Of a stretch of DNA of 64,000 nt, positions 1 through 9,549 are shown piece by piece. Both the position numbers and the translations under genes were made by a program. Source of the DNA: an uncultured Candidatus Saccharibacteria bacterium (GTDB taxonomy: Bacteria > Patescibacteriota > Doudnabacteria > UBA920). The DNA lies in contig CAYGEJ010000001.1 of assembly GCA_964348935.1 (NCBI GenBank), forward strand, positions 51,807-115,806, in the 5' to 3' direction. The notes beneath the pieces were generated by a model that saw nothing but the letters and a program-made list of their open reading frames with translations, did no database searches and was not told the DNA's origin. The first letter of the stretch is position 1. Every line of letters starts with the position of its first letter.

Positions 1-34
1 GGCATATGATTCAAAAGATCTCACTGGAGCTGAA

Positions 35-826
35 ATGACTTGGACAGATGACCATGGACATACTCATATTATTAAAACAGAGTTTATTCCAGCAGAAAAA
101 AAATTCAAAGTTGTTGGTATGGATGATTATATAGCTTTAAGGGATTTTGCGTTAAATTATGCGTCTGCTAACGGATTGAATAAAGAACAAAGAGCTACGC
201 TTATTTCTGATATTGAAAAAAATAATACCCAAGGTACATATGGAGATCAAGCAACTGCCTTCAGACAATCACGCCCTGGGTTTAATCAGGCAAATTATAT
301 TAATGCAATGAAAGATCAGACAAAAATTGTAGAAAAAAATAACAACCTTAGTAAAAAAGGTGATATTGATCAAATTACTCAATGGTGGGAATCTTTAGTT
401 ACAAAAGATGCGACAGGTAATATAAGGTTGGGTAGTTCCGGAAAATATTTATTTACACATTGGAAATCTGGTCACGAATTTGCAGCTACACGTGGTAATT
501 TTGCCGACAAAGTACAAGCTCTAATGATGCCTATGGTGATAAATCACCCTGATATTTTAAAGGAGAATTTAAAAGATGCAATTCTTGAAAATTCTAGAGC
601 AGTAGGAAAACTTATGCCACCAGCAGTTTTGGCAAAAAAAGTCGCAGAAGCAGAGTACAAAACATTAAGAGTTGCATTTATGGCTGCGTTTAGAAATGAA
701 ACAGATTTAAAAAATACCATAAGAGAAGCTGGAGAGTTAGGCGATGGTAGTGAAGCGGATTATATACGTTTAAGTACAGCTCTAAGAACTAAATTAAATG
801 CTCCAGGTGTTTTAGATGAAGAATAA
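35..826 (+). CDS. hypothetical protein at the start of the T4SS-like locus
   Basis: Uninterrupted 263-aa ORF in the same orientation and closely spaced with the downstream VirB4-like genes. No motif I recognise. Confidence 0.4.
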   Translation: MTWTDDHGHTHIIKTEFIPAEKKFKVVGMDDYIALRDFALNYASANGLNKEQRATLISDIEKNNTQGTYGDQATAFRQSRPGFNQANYINAMKDQTKIVEKNNNLSKKGDIDQITQWWESLVTKDATGNIRLGSSGKYLFTHWKSGHEFAATRGNFADKVQALMMPMVINHPDILKENLKDAILENSRAVGKLMPPAVLAKKVAEAEYKTLRVAFMAAFRNETDLKNTIREAGELGDGSEADYIRLSTALRTKLNAPGVLDEE

Positions 827-842
827 TAAAACTTAATTTTTT

Positions 843-2129
843 ATGTTTTTAAGTATACAACAAGTTACAGAAATTATTAAACGATCTAAGTTTAAAAACG
901 ATTTTAAAGAACGACTTTTTTTGATTTTACCTAAACTTGAAAAATATACGTTAACAGGTCTTGGTTTAGAGGTGGATAAAAAAGATAGTCAACTTATTTC
1001 TGGTAAATTGGTTAAAACTTGGGAAGAATATGCTAAAATTATTAAAGAATTTGTAAATAATAATGAAACAGGTAAATCTTTTTTAGAGTTATTATCAGAA
1101 GCGAATGAGACCTTCAACGAAGAAAGAAAAATATTTTTTTTATATTTAGCAATGGATATAAAAAACCTTGTCGTTACTAATAAAGTAAATATTGAGGCTG
1201 AAATATATAATCAAATATTAGAATACGAAATAACTTTGTTTTGGAACTTGCCAAAAGAAGAAGTTTTATTTTTGTTAAAATTTAAAATTTTATTATTAGA
1301 AAGTAAATTTCAATTAGTTGAGAATATAAAGGTGGTAATCTGGTTTAATAGTTGGCACTACGAAAAAGATTTTAGCAAAATATTTACTTCATGCATTACG
1401 CAAAACTTCGAAGTTCTTGGAGGTATAAAAATAAGTAATTGGATTGAGAAGTATTTTAATTTTAGCACATCATCTACATTTAGAAATGATGTCATTCAGG
1501 TCGCTGAATTTTTAGTTAAAGACCCTAGTGTAAATATTTTAAAAGACAATGAAAGAAAAACTCTATCTGAAATACTCAAATTATATATATGGTTACTTAA
1601 GCCTGAAATAAATGAAGAGGAGATTTTGGCCTATAAAGAATTTATACGTCAGCAGAAAATGGATGAATTAAACGTCGGTATTGGAGATTTGGATGAAGAT
1701 GATATTGTGTACATTAACTCTCAACAATTTCAGTTGCCTGAGTTGGCGTTTGAGTCTCAGGTTGTTCCTCCGGTTGTTCCAGTACCCAATAAATCGGTAG
1801 TTGAAAAGCAGTCTAAGATTAAGCTGAATTTTGATGTAGATAAGACTGCAGTCGAATTAAATACCAAACCTGTTAAGATTGACGAAATTTTAAAGAAAAA
1901 AGAGGCTTTAATATCCCCGGGGTTGAGATTTCAGTCTAATGAAGACCAGCAAGCGACTCTTAAGTCCATACAAAGACCAAAAGAGATGTCGAAAGTGGAA
2001 GTGCCTGTTATTGCTCCGAAAAGTATAGATAGTTTTCAACCAAAAGCAGTAGAAATAGCTAAGCAAAACGATTTGGACATTGATAAAAAATTACAAGAGT
2101 TGGAAAAAAGGGTAAAGAATAAAAAATAA
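843..2129 (+). CDS. hypothetical protein
   Basis: 428-aa ORF starting 17 nt after the preceding gene. Acidic, Pro-rich C-terminal half. No recognisable domain. Confidence 0.4.
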   Translation: MFLSIQQVTEIIKRSKFKNDFKERLFLILPKLEKYTLTGLGLEVDKKDSQLISGKLVKTWEEYAKIIKEFVNNNETGKSFLELLSEANETFNEERKIFFLYLAMDIKNLVVTNKVNIEAEIYNQILEYEITLFWNLPKEEVLFLLKFKILLLESKFQLVENIKVVIWFNSWHYEKDFSKIFTSCITQNFEVLGGIKISNWIEKYFNFSTSSTFRNDVIQVAEFLVKDPSVNILKDNERKTLSEILKLYIWLLKPEINEEEILAYKEFIRQQKMDELNVGIGDLDEDDIVYINSQQFQLPELAFESQVVPPVVPVPNKSVVEKQSKIKLNFDVDKTAVELNTKPVKIDEILKKKEALISPGLRFQSNEDQQATLKSIQRPKEMSKVEVPVIAPKSIDSFQPKAVEIAKQNDLDIDKKLQELEKRVKNKK

Positions 2130-3349
2130 TGAATATTGCTCAACTTGAAAAATTAAAGGCACTTATTGCAAGTTCACCCATACTTAATGTTACGGAAAGA
2201 GCGGAATGGTTGGCGCTTTTGGAATTGATGAATGACAAGCAGTTAGGGGAGCTGGAAAAAATTTTATTAGAATATCAGCCAGCTAGTGAAGCTATAAATA
2301 AACCTGTCAGCTCTAAGTCTGTGACAGGTGCGCAAATTTTGCCAAAAAAAGCTGAGCCAAGCCAGCAGGTAAATGGTTTGGTAAATTCGTTAAGCGGTAA
2401 GTCTATAGGTGATTTGGCAGGCGATTTGGCGTTACATAAAGAACCAATTGCTAAATTGGCGCAAACTCAAAGTGCTTCCAAGTCGGCTCCGGTTATGCAA
2501 CTTCCTCATTTGAGTCATATTATGAACTTGCCTAATCATTGGGATGAGAAAAAATCTCAAACGCCTTTAGTTGCTAAGGAAAAGATTGATAAGACTGTTA
2601 AGGGCATTGGTAATAAGCAGAGTTTTGCGAGCAAGTTAAAGTCAATCTTTTTAGAAAAAGAACTGACAACCAGTAAGCCGGAATACCCTTTGGAATTAGC
2701 TGATCGTATGGAATTGGAGGCTCAACCCGTGGCAGTTGAAATTTCGCAAATCGAAACACAAAACAAACCAACTGTGCATTTGCCGGAAGTTGAAGTTAAA
2801 ACCAAAACCGAACCAATTGCAGTGGCTGTGCCGAAGCCAAAAGTTCCGTTGCCGAAGATATCGCTGAAACCTCAAATTATTCCTGAGAAGCCAGTTTGGA
2901 AGCCTATAAAGAAGCCTGATTTTTCACAAGGTAAATTTATTCCGGGAGTTGAATTTAAAGAGGATTCAATTGCTTCCCGTAATGACACACTTGCTAATGT
3001 TAAAAAACATTTGGAAGAAAAAGAAGACTTGCATGAGTCATTAAGACCGTTGAATACTAATGTAAATTTAAATGGTTTAGCAGATTTAAAAAATTTAACA
3101 ATAGATACTGTTGACTCTAGTGATTTAAGCAGTATGGTTAATAAAATTAGACAAATGATTTCGAAATACGGTTTTTTTGAAGTTATTTTCAATCTCGAAG
3201 ACAGTTGGGTTTATAAATCATATCTTGCTACCGGGGTAAAATTAATGTCAGAAAATACCCAGGGAGACGATAATTCACTAGAAAAGGTTATGAATAAATC
3301 GCAATTTGAAAAATTTGCAGATTTGTTGTCAAAAATTCAGTCAGCATAA
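2129..3349 (+). CDS. hypothetical Pro/Lys-rich protein
   Basis: 406-aa ORF whose start overlaps the stop of the previous gene (ATAATG). It has repetitive P-K-P-K stretches. Confidence 0.4.
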   Translation: MNIAQLEKLKALIASSPILNVTERAEWLALLELMNDKQLGELEKILLEYQPASEAINKPVSSKSVTGAQILPKKAEPSQQVNGLVNSLSGKSIGDLAGDLALHKEPIAKLAQTQSASKSAPVMQLPHLSHIMNLPNHWDEKKSQTPLVAKEKIDKTVKGIGNKQSFASKLKSIFLEKELTTSKPEYPLELADRMELEAQPVAVEISQIETQNKPTVHLPEVEVKTKTEPIAVAVPKPKVPLPKISLKPQIIPEKPVWKPIKKPDFSQGKFIPGVEFKEDSIASRNDTLANVKKHLEEKEDLHESLRPLNTNVNLNGLADLKNLTIDTVDSSDLSSMVNKIRQMISKYGFFEVIFNLEDSWVYKSYLATGVKLMSENTQGDDNSLEKVMNKSQFEKFADLLSKIQSA

Positions 3350-3388
3350 ATAAATTTTAAGATTTTTGTGTTATAATAAAAAGAGACT

Positions 3389-3835
3389 ATGCAATTTCCA
3401 GTCCCACAATTTACAGATGTTGAAGATCGAATAATTGGTCCTTTGACGATAAAGCAATTCGGTATTGTTTTTGTGGCAGGTGTTATAGTTTTTCTTGGAT
3501 ATTCGGCTACCAAAAGCATTCTCGTTTTAGTTTTTTTAATAGTATTATTTGGAGTTCCGGCTTTAGCCTTAGCTTTTCTGCCATTTAACGGCAGACCAGT
3601 TTATAACACTTTGGGGAATTTAATGAGATTTATGAATAGTCCAAAGGAATTAATTTTTCATAAAGAAGCCCAGAATTCAAATATAAAAATTGTAAAAGAT
3701 GCTGAAATAACTTCGGTGGCTGAGGTTCAAGCGGAAAATATAAACCCGGTAGATACTAAAGCTAATTTAAAAGAGGTACAAAAATTATTACGTGAGACAG
3801 CCTCAAAGCAAAGAGATGTAATTGGTAGAATGTAG
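3389..3835 (+). CDS. small two-TM membrane protein, possibly a PrgI/VirB3-like T4SS component
   Basis: 148 aa with two adjacent hydrophobic helices (FGIVFVAGVIVFLGY...LVLVFLIVLFGVPALALAFLPF). It sits directly upstream of the VirB4-like ATPase, which is the usual position of VirB3/PrgI-like proteins. Confidence 0.4.
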   Translation: MQFPVPQFTDVEDRIIGPLTIKQFGIVFVAGVIVFLGYSATKSILVLVFLIVLFGVPALALAFLPFNGRPVYNTLGNLMRFMNSPKELIFHKEAQNSNIKIVKDAEITSVAEVQAENINPVDTKANLKEVQKLLRETASKQRDVIGRM

Positions 3836-3889
3836 GACTAAGTTGCGAGTTGCTAATATTTAGTAACTAGCCACTAACAACTAGAGCTT

Positions 3890-4573
3890 ATGAAATTAGA
3901 CATGCAAAATAAAAATAAAACTACCACAAAAAGTACCCAGAGCTTTTTAAGAATATCTGAAATAAAAAATGACACAGTAGTAATGGATGACGGTACGCTA
4001 AGGGCAATAGTGGCTGTTTCAAGTACAAATTTTGATCTTAAAAGTCAAGATGAGCAAAATTCCATAATTTTTAATTTCCAAAGATTTTTGAATTCTTTAG
4101 ATTTTTCTATTCAGATTTTGATGCAAAGTCGAAAAATGGAAATTGGGGGCTATATGGAAAAGTTAAGGCGATTGGCTGAAAAACAGACAAATGAGTTGCT
4201 TCGCGTGCAAACTATTGAATATGTGGAGTTTATAAATAGACTTATTGAAAATGCGAGCATTATGAATAAGAATTTTTATATTATTGTCCCGTTGGGGACT
4301 TCCATATTACCGGTTGCATCTGGTTTTTTCTCGAACTTATTTGGTAATGGTAAAAATAAAGAGATTGCCCAAAAAATAGAGAATTTTGAAAGAGAAAAAG
4401 AAAAATTAGATACCCGAGTTTCCTCTTTATTATCTAACTTATCCGGTATAGGAATAAGGGGGGTTCCTTTAAAAACCGAAGAGATTATTCAATTGTATTA
4501 TAATTCTTATAATTTTGAAGCAGGTCCTCTAATAAACCCGTCGCAACTTAAAGATATTAAGATTAGTGAGTAG
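3890..4573 (+). CDS. VirB4/TrsE-like conjugal ATPase, N-terminal fragment (split gene)
   Basis: 227-aa ORF resembling the N-terminal domain of Gram-positive-type VirB4 (FLRISEIKNDTVVMDDGTLRAIVAVSSTNFDLKSQDEQNSIIFNFQRFLNSL..IQIL). It ends just before the four-helix-bundle gene. The downstream ORF continues with the next conserved VirB4 segment. Confidence 0.55.
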   Translation: MKLDMQNKNKTTTKSTQSFLRISEIKNDTVVMDDGTLRAIVAVSSTNFDLKSQDEQNSIIFNFQRFLNSLDFSIQILMQSRKMEIGGYMEKLRRLAEKQTNELLRVQTIEYVEFINRLIENASIMNKNFYIIVPLGTSILPVASGFFSNLFGNGKNKEIAQKIENFEREKEKLDTRVSSLLSNLSGIGIRGVPLKTEEIIQLYYNSYNFEAGPLINPSQLKDIKISE

Positions 4574-4587
4574 TTACTAGGTGCTAG

Positions 4588-5007
4588 GTGCAAGTGACTA
4601 GTATCAAACAAGCAGATATTAAGTATTTAATGAGTAATTCTATTATGTCGATATCTCATTATAAAGAATTAATAGTTTGGCAAAAATCTATGAATTTAGT
4701 AGATCTAATATATATAATAACTAGACAATTTCCAAAGTCGGAAACTTATGCATTAGCAAGTCAGATGCAAAGGTCAGCAATTTCTATACCTTCTAATATT
4801 GCAGAAGGGCAAGGTAGAAATCATAAAGCAGAATTTGTACACTTTTTAGGTATATCTTTTGGTTCCTCTGCCGAATTAGAAACACAAATTTTAATAGCTA
4901 AAAAACAGTATCCGCTATTAAATTATAATAAAGCTGAGGATTTATTAGTAGAAGTACAAAAAATGTTATCAGTTTTAATTAATCGTTTACTAGTCACTAA
5001 CAACTAG
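4588..5007 (+). CDS. four helix bundle protein (23S rRNA intervening-sequence protein family)
   Basis: 139 aa with the family signature (ELIVWQKSMNLVDLIYIITRQFPKSETYALASQMQRSAISIPSNIAEGQGR...FLGISFGSSAELETQILIA), as I recall this family. Located between the two VirB4 fragments. Confidence 0.8.
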   Translation: MQVTSIKQADIKYLMSNSIMSISHYKELIVWQKSMNLVDLIYIITRQFPKSETYALASQMQRSAISIPSNIAEGQGRNHKAEFVHFLGISFGSSAELETQILIAKKQYPLLNYNKAEDLLVEVQKMLSVLINRLLVTNN

Positions 5008-5024
5008 AAACTAGCAACTAACTC

Positions 5025-6872
5025 ATGGCTATATTTGGCACAATTGATGAGCAGGAATTAAAAGAGAAGCGAGAAGCTTTGAACGAAGCTGAGAAAGAAA
5101 GAGATTTAAGCTCTAGTCTTGGAGATTTGGAAAAAACCTACAAGGAAGGTTTGACTACTCTAAAAGACCTTATTGCTCCTGCTTCGCTTAAATTTAATAG
5201 TTCTAACTTTGAACTTAACGGTAAGTTTGGTCGTAGTTTTTTTGTGCTGGCATATCCGCGATTTCTTTCTACCAATTGGTTGTCTTTTATTATTCAAGCC
5301 GAAGGTGCATTGGATTTGTCCATGTTTATATATCCGATTGAGTCTGCGGATATCTTAAAAAAATTGAAGTCAAAAGTCGGGGAATTGGGATCCCAAATGT
5401 CCATAAATCAATCTAAGGGAATGGTTCGCGACCCAATGCTGGAAACGGCGTATAAGGATGTTGAAGGTTTGCGTGATAACTTAATGCAGGGTACGGAAAA
5501 GTATTTTCGATTTGCTTTGTATTTTACAATTTATGCAAATGACCTAAAAGAGTTAGACAAATTTTCTTCAACGTTGGAAAGTTCTTTGGGGTCAAAATTA
5601 GTGGTTACTAAACGAGCTTTATTGCAAACTCAAAATGGGTTGAATTCCACTTTGCCTTTAGGTTTAGATGAACTGGATGTTGCTAGTAATATGAATACCA
5701 GCCCACTTTCTAGCTGCTTCCCCTTTGTTTCCTCGGACTTGAGTAGTAATGACGGAGTTCTTTATGGTATAAATAGGCATAACAATAGTCTAATCCTATT
5801 TGACCGCTTTGCAATGGAAAATGCTAATTCAGTAGTATTTGCCAAATCCGGTGCTGGGAAGTCTTACGCGGTAAAATTAGAGGTTTTGAGGGCCTTAATG
5901 GTGGGGACGGAAGTAATTATTGTTGACCCGGAAAATGAATATCAGCATTTAGCGTCTGCTGTGGGCGGTACTTATTTAAGCGTTTCTTTAAATTCACCTT
6001 CCAGAATTAACCCGTTTGATTTACCGGTAGCTATTGAAGGAGAAGATAATACCGATGTACTTAGAAGTTCGGTTATTAATTTACTTGGATTGTTTAGTTT
6101 AATGCTTGGAAAATTAAACCCGACTGAAGAAGCATTAATGGATAAAGCTATTTGGCAGACTTATGCGAAAAAAGATATTACTCCTCAGCTTGCAGATTTT
6201 CGTGGAGTGGAATATCCGACGATGAATGATTTGGTGGAGATTCTAAATGGTATGGTTGGGGCGGAAAGTTTGGCTCAGAGAATGACAAAATATACGGAAG
6301 GGACTTTTGCCGGGTTGTTAAACCAGCAGACCAATGTCGTTTTAAATAATCAGCTGGTAGTGTTTTCTATTCGCGACCTGGAAGAGGAGTTGCGACCTAT
6401 TTCTATGTACATTATTTTGAATTATATTTGGAATATTGTTCGATCAGAACTTAAAAAGCGTATACTTGTTGTGGATGAAGCTTGGATTTTAATGCAGCAT
6501 GAAGATAGTGCGCGTTTCTTGTTTGGTATAGCCAAGCGTGCTCGAAAATATTATTTAGGATTAACCACAATAACTCAAGATGTCGCAGATTTTTTAGCCT
6601 CGCCTTACGGTAAGCCAATTGTGACAAACTCCTCTATACAGCTTTTACTTAAGCAAAGCCCCGCAGCTATTAATGTAATTGCAGAAACTTTTTTTCTTAC
6701 AGAAGGTGAAAAATATTTGCTTTTGGAAAGCGAAGTTGGAGAAGGGATTTTCTTTGCAGGTTTAAAACACGCGGCGATTAAGATTTATGCGTCTTATGTT
6801 GAAGACCAGATTATTACCACGGATCCAAAACAGTTGTTGGAAATTCAGGATAGCCAGGATAAACTTGGTTAA
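5025..6872 (+). CDS. virB4: VirB4/TrbE/TraC-like type IV secretion ATPase (C-terminal ATPase part)
   Basis: Walker A FAKSGAGKSYAV, Walker B ILVVDEAWIL and the conserved VirB4 N-proximal segment (GKFGRSFFVLAYPRFLSTNWLSFII...DLSMFIYPIE). 615 aa. Confidence 0.8.
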   Translation: MAIFGTIDEQELKEKREALNEAEKERDLSSSLGDLEKTYKEGLTTLKDLIAPASLKFNSSNFELNGKFGRSFFVLAYPRFLSTNWLSFIIQAEGALDLSMFIYPIESADILKKLKSKVGELGSQMSINQSKGMVRDPMLETAYKDVEGLRDNLMQGTEKYFRFALYFTIYANDLKELDKFSSTLESSLGSKLVVTKRALLQTQNGLNSTLPLGLDELDVASNMNTSPLSSCFPFVSSDLSSNDGVLYGINRHNNSLILFDRFAMENANSVVFAKSGAGKSYAVKLEVLRALMVGTEVIIVDPENEYQHLASAVGGTYLSVSLNSPSRINPFDLPVAIEGEDNTDVLRSSVINLLGLFSLMLGKLNPTEEALMDKAIWQTYAKKDITPQLADFRGVEYPTMNDLVEILNGMVGAESLAQRMTKYTEGTFAGLLNQQTNVVLNNQLVVFSIRDLEEELRPISMYIILNYIWNIVRSELKKRILVVDEAWILMQHEDSARFLFGIAKRARKYYLGLTTITQDVADFLASPYGKPIVTNSSIQLLLKQSPAAINVIAETFFLTEGEKYLLLESEVGEGIFFAGLKHAAIKIYASYVEDQIITTDPKQLLEIQDSQDKLG

Positions 6873-6958
6873 ATATTTTACAGAAACTATAACCATAACA
6901 ATAACGCGAAATAGGTAGCTGTTATAGTTGTGGTTATTATTTATAGGTAGGATTTTTT

Positions 6959-9454
6959 ATGGCAGATGACCTGGTAGATGAATTAAATACTGACAGCTCT
7001 AGTTCTCCGACGGCACAAGATGTGGACGCTTTGTCAAGCGAACAGGTGTCTTCTAATACGGTTAAAGTTAGAGAGCTTTTTAAAACCGGGAATACTGACA
7101 GAATTATTTATGATATTTCCACAGATGGTAAACCAAAACGTACTTCCGGCTGGAGAATTCATGACAATAGCCAGGTAGAAATTTCAGGAAGCGGACTTGG
7201 AGTTTATGATCAGGTTGTTTTGTGGATAAGTGGTAGTCCTTTTTATCATAAAAATTTAGGAGGTCGTGAACAAGGGCGGTTGTTAACTTTTCAGGTTGAA
7301 GATTTAAGTAATTTGTACAGTGAAGGTACTCCGGTTGAAATTCAATTTGTTGATTCTAAAAATCCGGAAAATAGTAGATTTTTACAGCAGAAATTTACTT
7401 ATGTACAAGCAAAAACCGATGAAGAACAAGCGAAAAAAAGTCCGGAAGATGTAGAGAACGCAAGATTAGAACGACAAAAAGAGGATGCAAAAATAAATGG
7501 CCCAATGTCTGTGATGATGGACGGTATGGGGCAAGCTATTGGAGGTGTTGGTGGTGTACTACCCAGCAGTGCCAATAAAGATATTAGACCAAAAGGAAAT
7601 ATAGAAAATAATCAAGCAGTTCCTGCTAAGAGTAGTCTTTCTCAGAATGTGGAAGAAGGTGATTCTATAGATACTGAAGAGAATTTAAGTGTAGATGGTG
7701 AGGTTGTAAATTCATCTACCAATGTATCGGATGATAGAGTTCCGATTAGTGAAATGGGAACTGTGAAAAAATCTGATATTTCCCAGGATTCTTCCACTAC
7801 GGTTACAGAGAGTAGTACTCAAAAAACTTCAGGGAATTTGGAATCATCCAGAACAGTAAAAGGTGGGGGTAAGTTAAATGGGGCTGGGTCAGTGAATGCG
7901 ACAGATGACGGAGCTGTGAGCTTGGGTGTTAAATCTCAAGTTTTGGAGACAGGAAATGATGGGGTGGTAGAAAAAGAACCAACACCACCAAATGCTATTG
8001 TGTCAGGTAAAGCTGAAAGTTCGACTCAAGAAAAACTTGATGTATTCGGAACAAGTCAAGTTTCGGAACAAGAACAAGCAAATTTTTCGGCTAATGGAAA
8101 CATTGGAACCTCTAAACAAAAAAAAGCTTCAGAGTTAAAGTCAAAAACTCAAACAGGAATAAGTTCTAGTACTAAGGGGCGAGTACAGGCTTCAGCTTCG
8201 AACCAGCAATTGAATACAGATGATTCAAGACCACAGGCAAGCACTATGTCTAGTGCTAATGCCACTGCACAAGCAAAGCCTTTAAAACCTCCTGCTGGAC
8301 TAGGAGCGATGAAGTCGCTTGAAATAAATTTAAACAAGACTTTGGGTGTGCCTCTAGGAGTTGGAAGTGCTCCCGGAGTATTAAATAAGCCTAGTGAAAT
8401 TACTAAAAGTAGTAATCAGCCTGAAACCAAGAATCAACCTACGACAGAATTGGAAGGTGAAACTATAAATCTTCAGGGGGTTGAAAGTGGACAGGGTTTA
8501 GAGGTTGGTGGTTTAGCCGAACCAGTAGTTCCTCATGAAGGTCAAGAAAAAAAACCGGATGTTGGTTTGGTCTTGAGTAAATCCGACAGAGCTGGTAGCG
8601 AGCCATTTAGACCAAAAACTGGAGTGGAGTCAAGAGGGAAGTCATTTGGTTCAGAAAGGCCTATTGGCGATTTAAACAGACGAACTGAGCCGGATGTTAT
8701 ATTAAATAAAAAGCTCAAGAATAATGAAGATTTGTCATTTGGTGAAAGGAGTTTGGGAATGTCGGCAAGACCGGCAGGTCCAGATGTTGCAGGTGGCGCT
8801 TCTGTCGGTGCGGAAACACAAGATCCGGTAGAGAGTGGAAAAAAGGATGGTGGTGAAACTCAGGATAGCGAGGAGGAGGCAGAAGAGGAAAATCTGGGTT
8901 TACAGCCAGTTATACCGGAAGAGGTAATGCCTGATCCAAGTACAAGCAAGGCGGACGCCTCGAAAGAGGATGTTGCTGACAAGGCTTTAAGTGTTATAGC
9001 AGATAGTAAAGCTGGAAAAGAATTGGTAGGTCAGGCCGTAAGTGAATTTTGGTGGTGGGGATTTGGTATTTCATCCGCTTCATTATTTATTGGTTTGGAT
9101 TTTTTAGCCGGTGCGGTAATAATGAATGTTTATTGGTGGAGACATAGAAAACAGCCAGAGCTTTTACCTATGAAAGGCTGGCAAAAAGTTGTTACAGTTT
9201 TTGCCAGTGTATTTCCTTTTTTTGTTATAACCTTTTTATTGGGATTATTTATGATAGTAGGATGTAATTATCCAATTCTTGGTAAGTATTCAAAATTAGT
9301 GAGTTATAAAACAACAGTCGTGGGAGCATTTATAGGGGAAGATTGTAAATATTTTGATATTACAAGTAGTTCCGAGCTAGATGGCACAGAGAATAACACA
9401 AATCCCCAAAATTTAACCCCTAATCCTTTAAATCCAAGGGGAGTGTCACCTTAG
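6959..9454 (+). CDS. large low-complexity (Ser/Thr/Gly-rich) protein with a C-terminal multi-TM anchor
   Basis: 831-aa ORF. Long disordered S/T/G/E-rich region, then hydrophobic helices near the C-terminus (FWWWGFGISSASLFIGLDFLAGAVIMNVYWW ... VFPFFVITFLLGLFMIVG). Immediately downstream of VirB4, so it may be a T4SS-associated surface or channel protein. Confidence 0.5.
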   Translation: MADDLVDELNTDSSSSPTAQDVDALSSEQVSSNTVKVRELFKTGNTDRIIYDISTDGKPKRTSGWRIHDNSQVEISGSGLGVYDQVVLWISGSPFYHKNLGGREQGRLLTFQVEDLSNLYSEGTPVEIQFVDSKNPENSRFLQQKFTYVQAKTDEEQAKKSPEDVENARLERQKEDAKINGPMSVMMDGMGQAIGGVGGVLPSSANKDIRPKGNIENNQAVPAKSSLSQNVEEGDSIDTEENLSVDGEVVNSSTNVSDDRVPISEMGTVKKSDISQDSSTTVTESSTQKTSGNLESSRTVKGGGKLNGAGSVNATDDGAVSLGVKSQVLETGNDGVVEKEPTPPNAIVSGKAESSTQEKLDVFGTSQVSEQEQANFSANGNIGTSKQKKASELKSKTQTGISSSTKGRVQASASNQQLNTDDSRPQASTMSSANATAQAKPLKPPAGLGAMKSLEINLNKTLGVPLGVGSAPGVLNKPSEITKSSNQPETKNQPTTELEGETINLQGVESGQGLEVGGLAEPVVPHEGQEKKPDVGLVLSKSDRAGSEPFRPKTGVESRGKSFGSERPIGDLNRRTEPDVILNKKLKNNEDLSFGERSLGMSARPAGPDVAGGASVGAETQDPVESGKKDGGETQDSEEEAEEENLGLQPVIPEEVMPDPSTSKADASKEDVADKALSVIADSKAGKELVGQAVSEFWWWGFGISSASLFIGLDFLAGAVIMNVYWWRHRKQPELLPMKGWQKVVTVFASVFPFFVITFLLGLFMIVGCNYPILGKYSKLVSYKTTVVGAFIGEDCKYFDITSSSELDGTENNTNPQNLTPNPLNPRGVSP

Positions 9455-9549
9455 TAAAAAATTAAATTTGGAGTTTTTACAAAACAGTGATATAATAAAT
9501 AAAAGATGTATTTATTCGACACCAAAATAAACAGATTTAATTTATAAAT

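Noticed and set aside
3860-5030. CTAG/ACTAG-rich repeats (TACTAG, ACTAGAG) resembling BioBrick assembly scars around the four-helix-bundle gene.
   Set aside because: Matches to the scar sequences are inexact and the repeats are longer 21-mers. A natural repeat or regulatory element is at least as likely, so not claimed as evidence of engineering.
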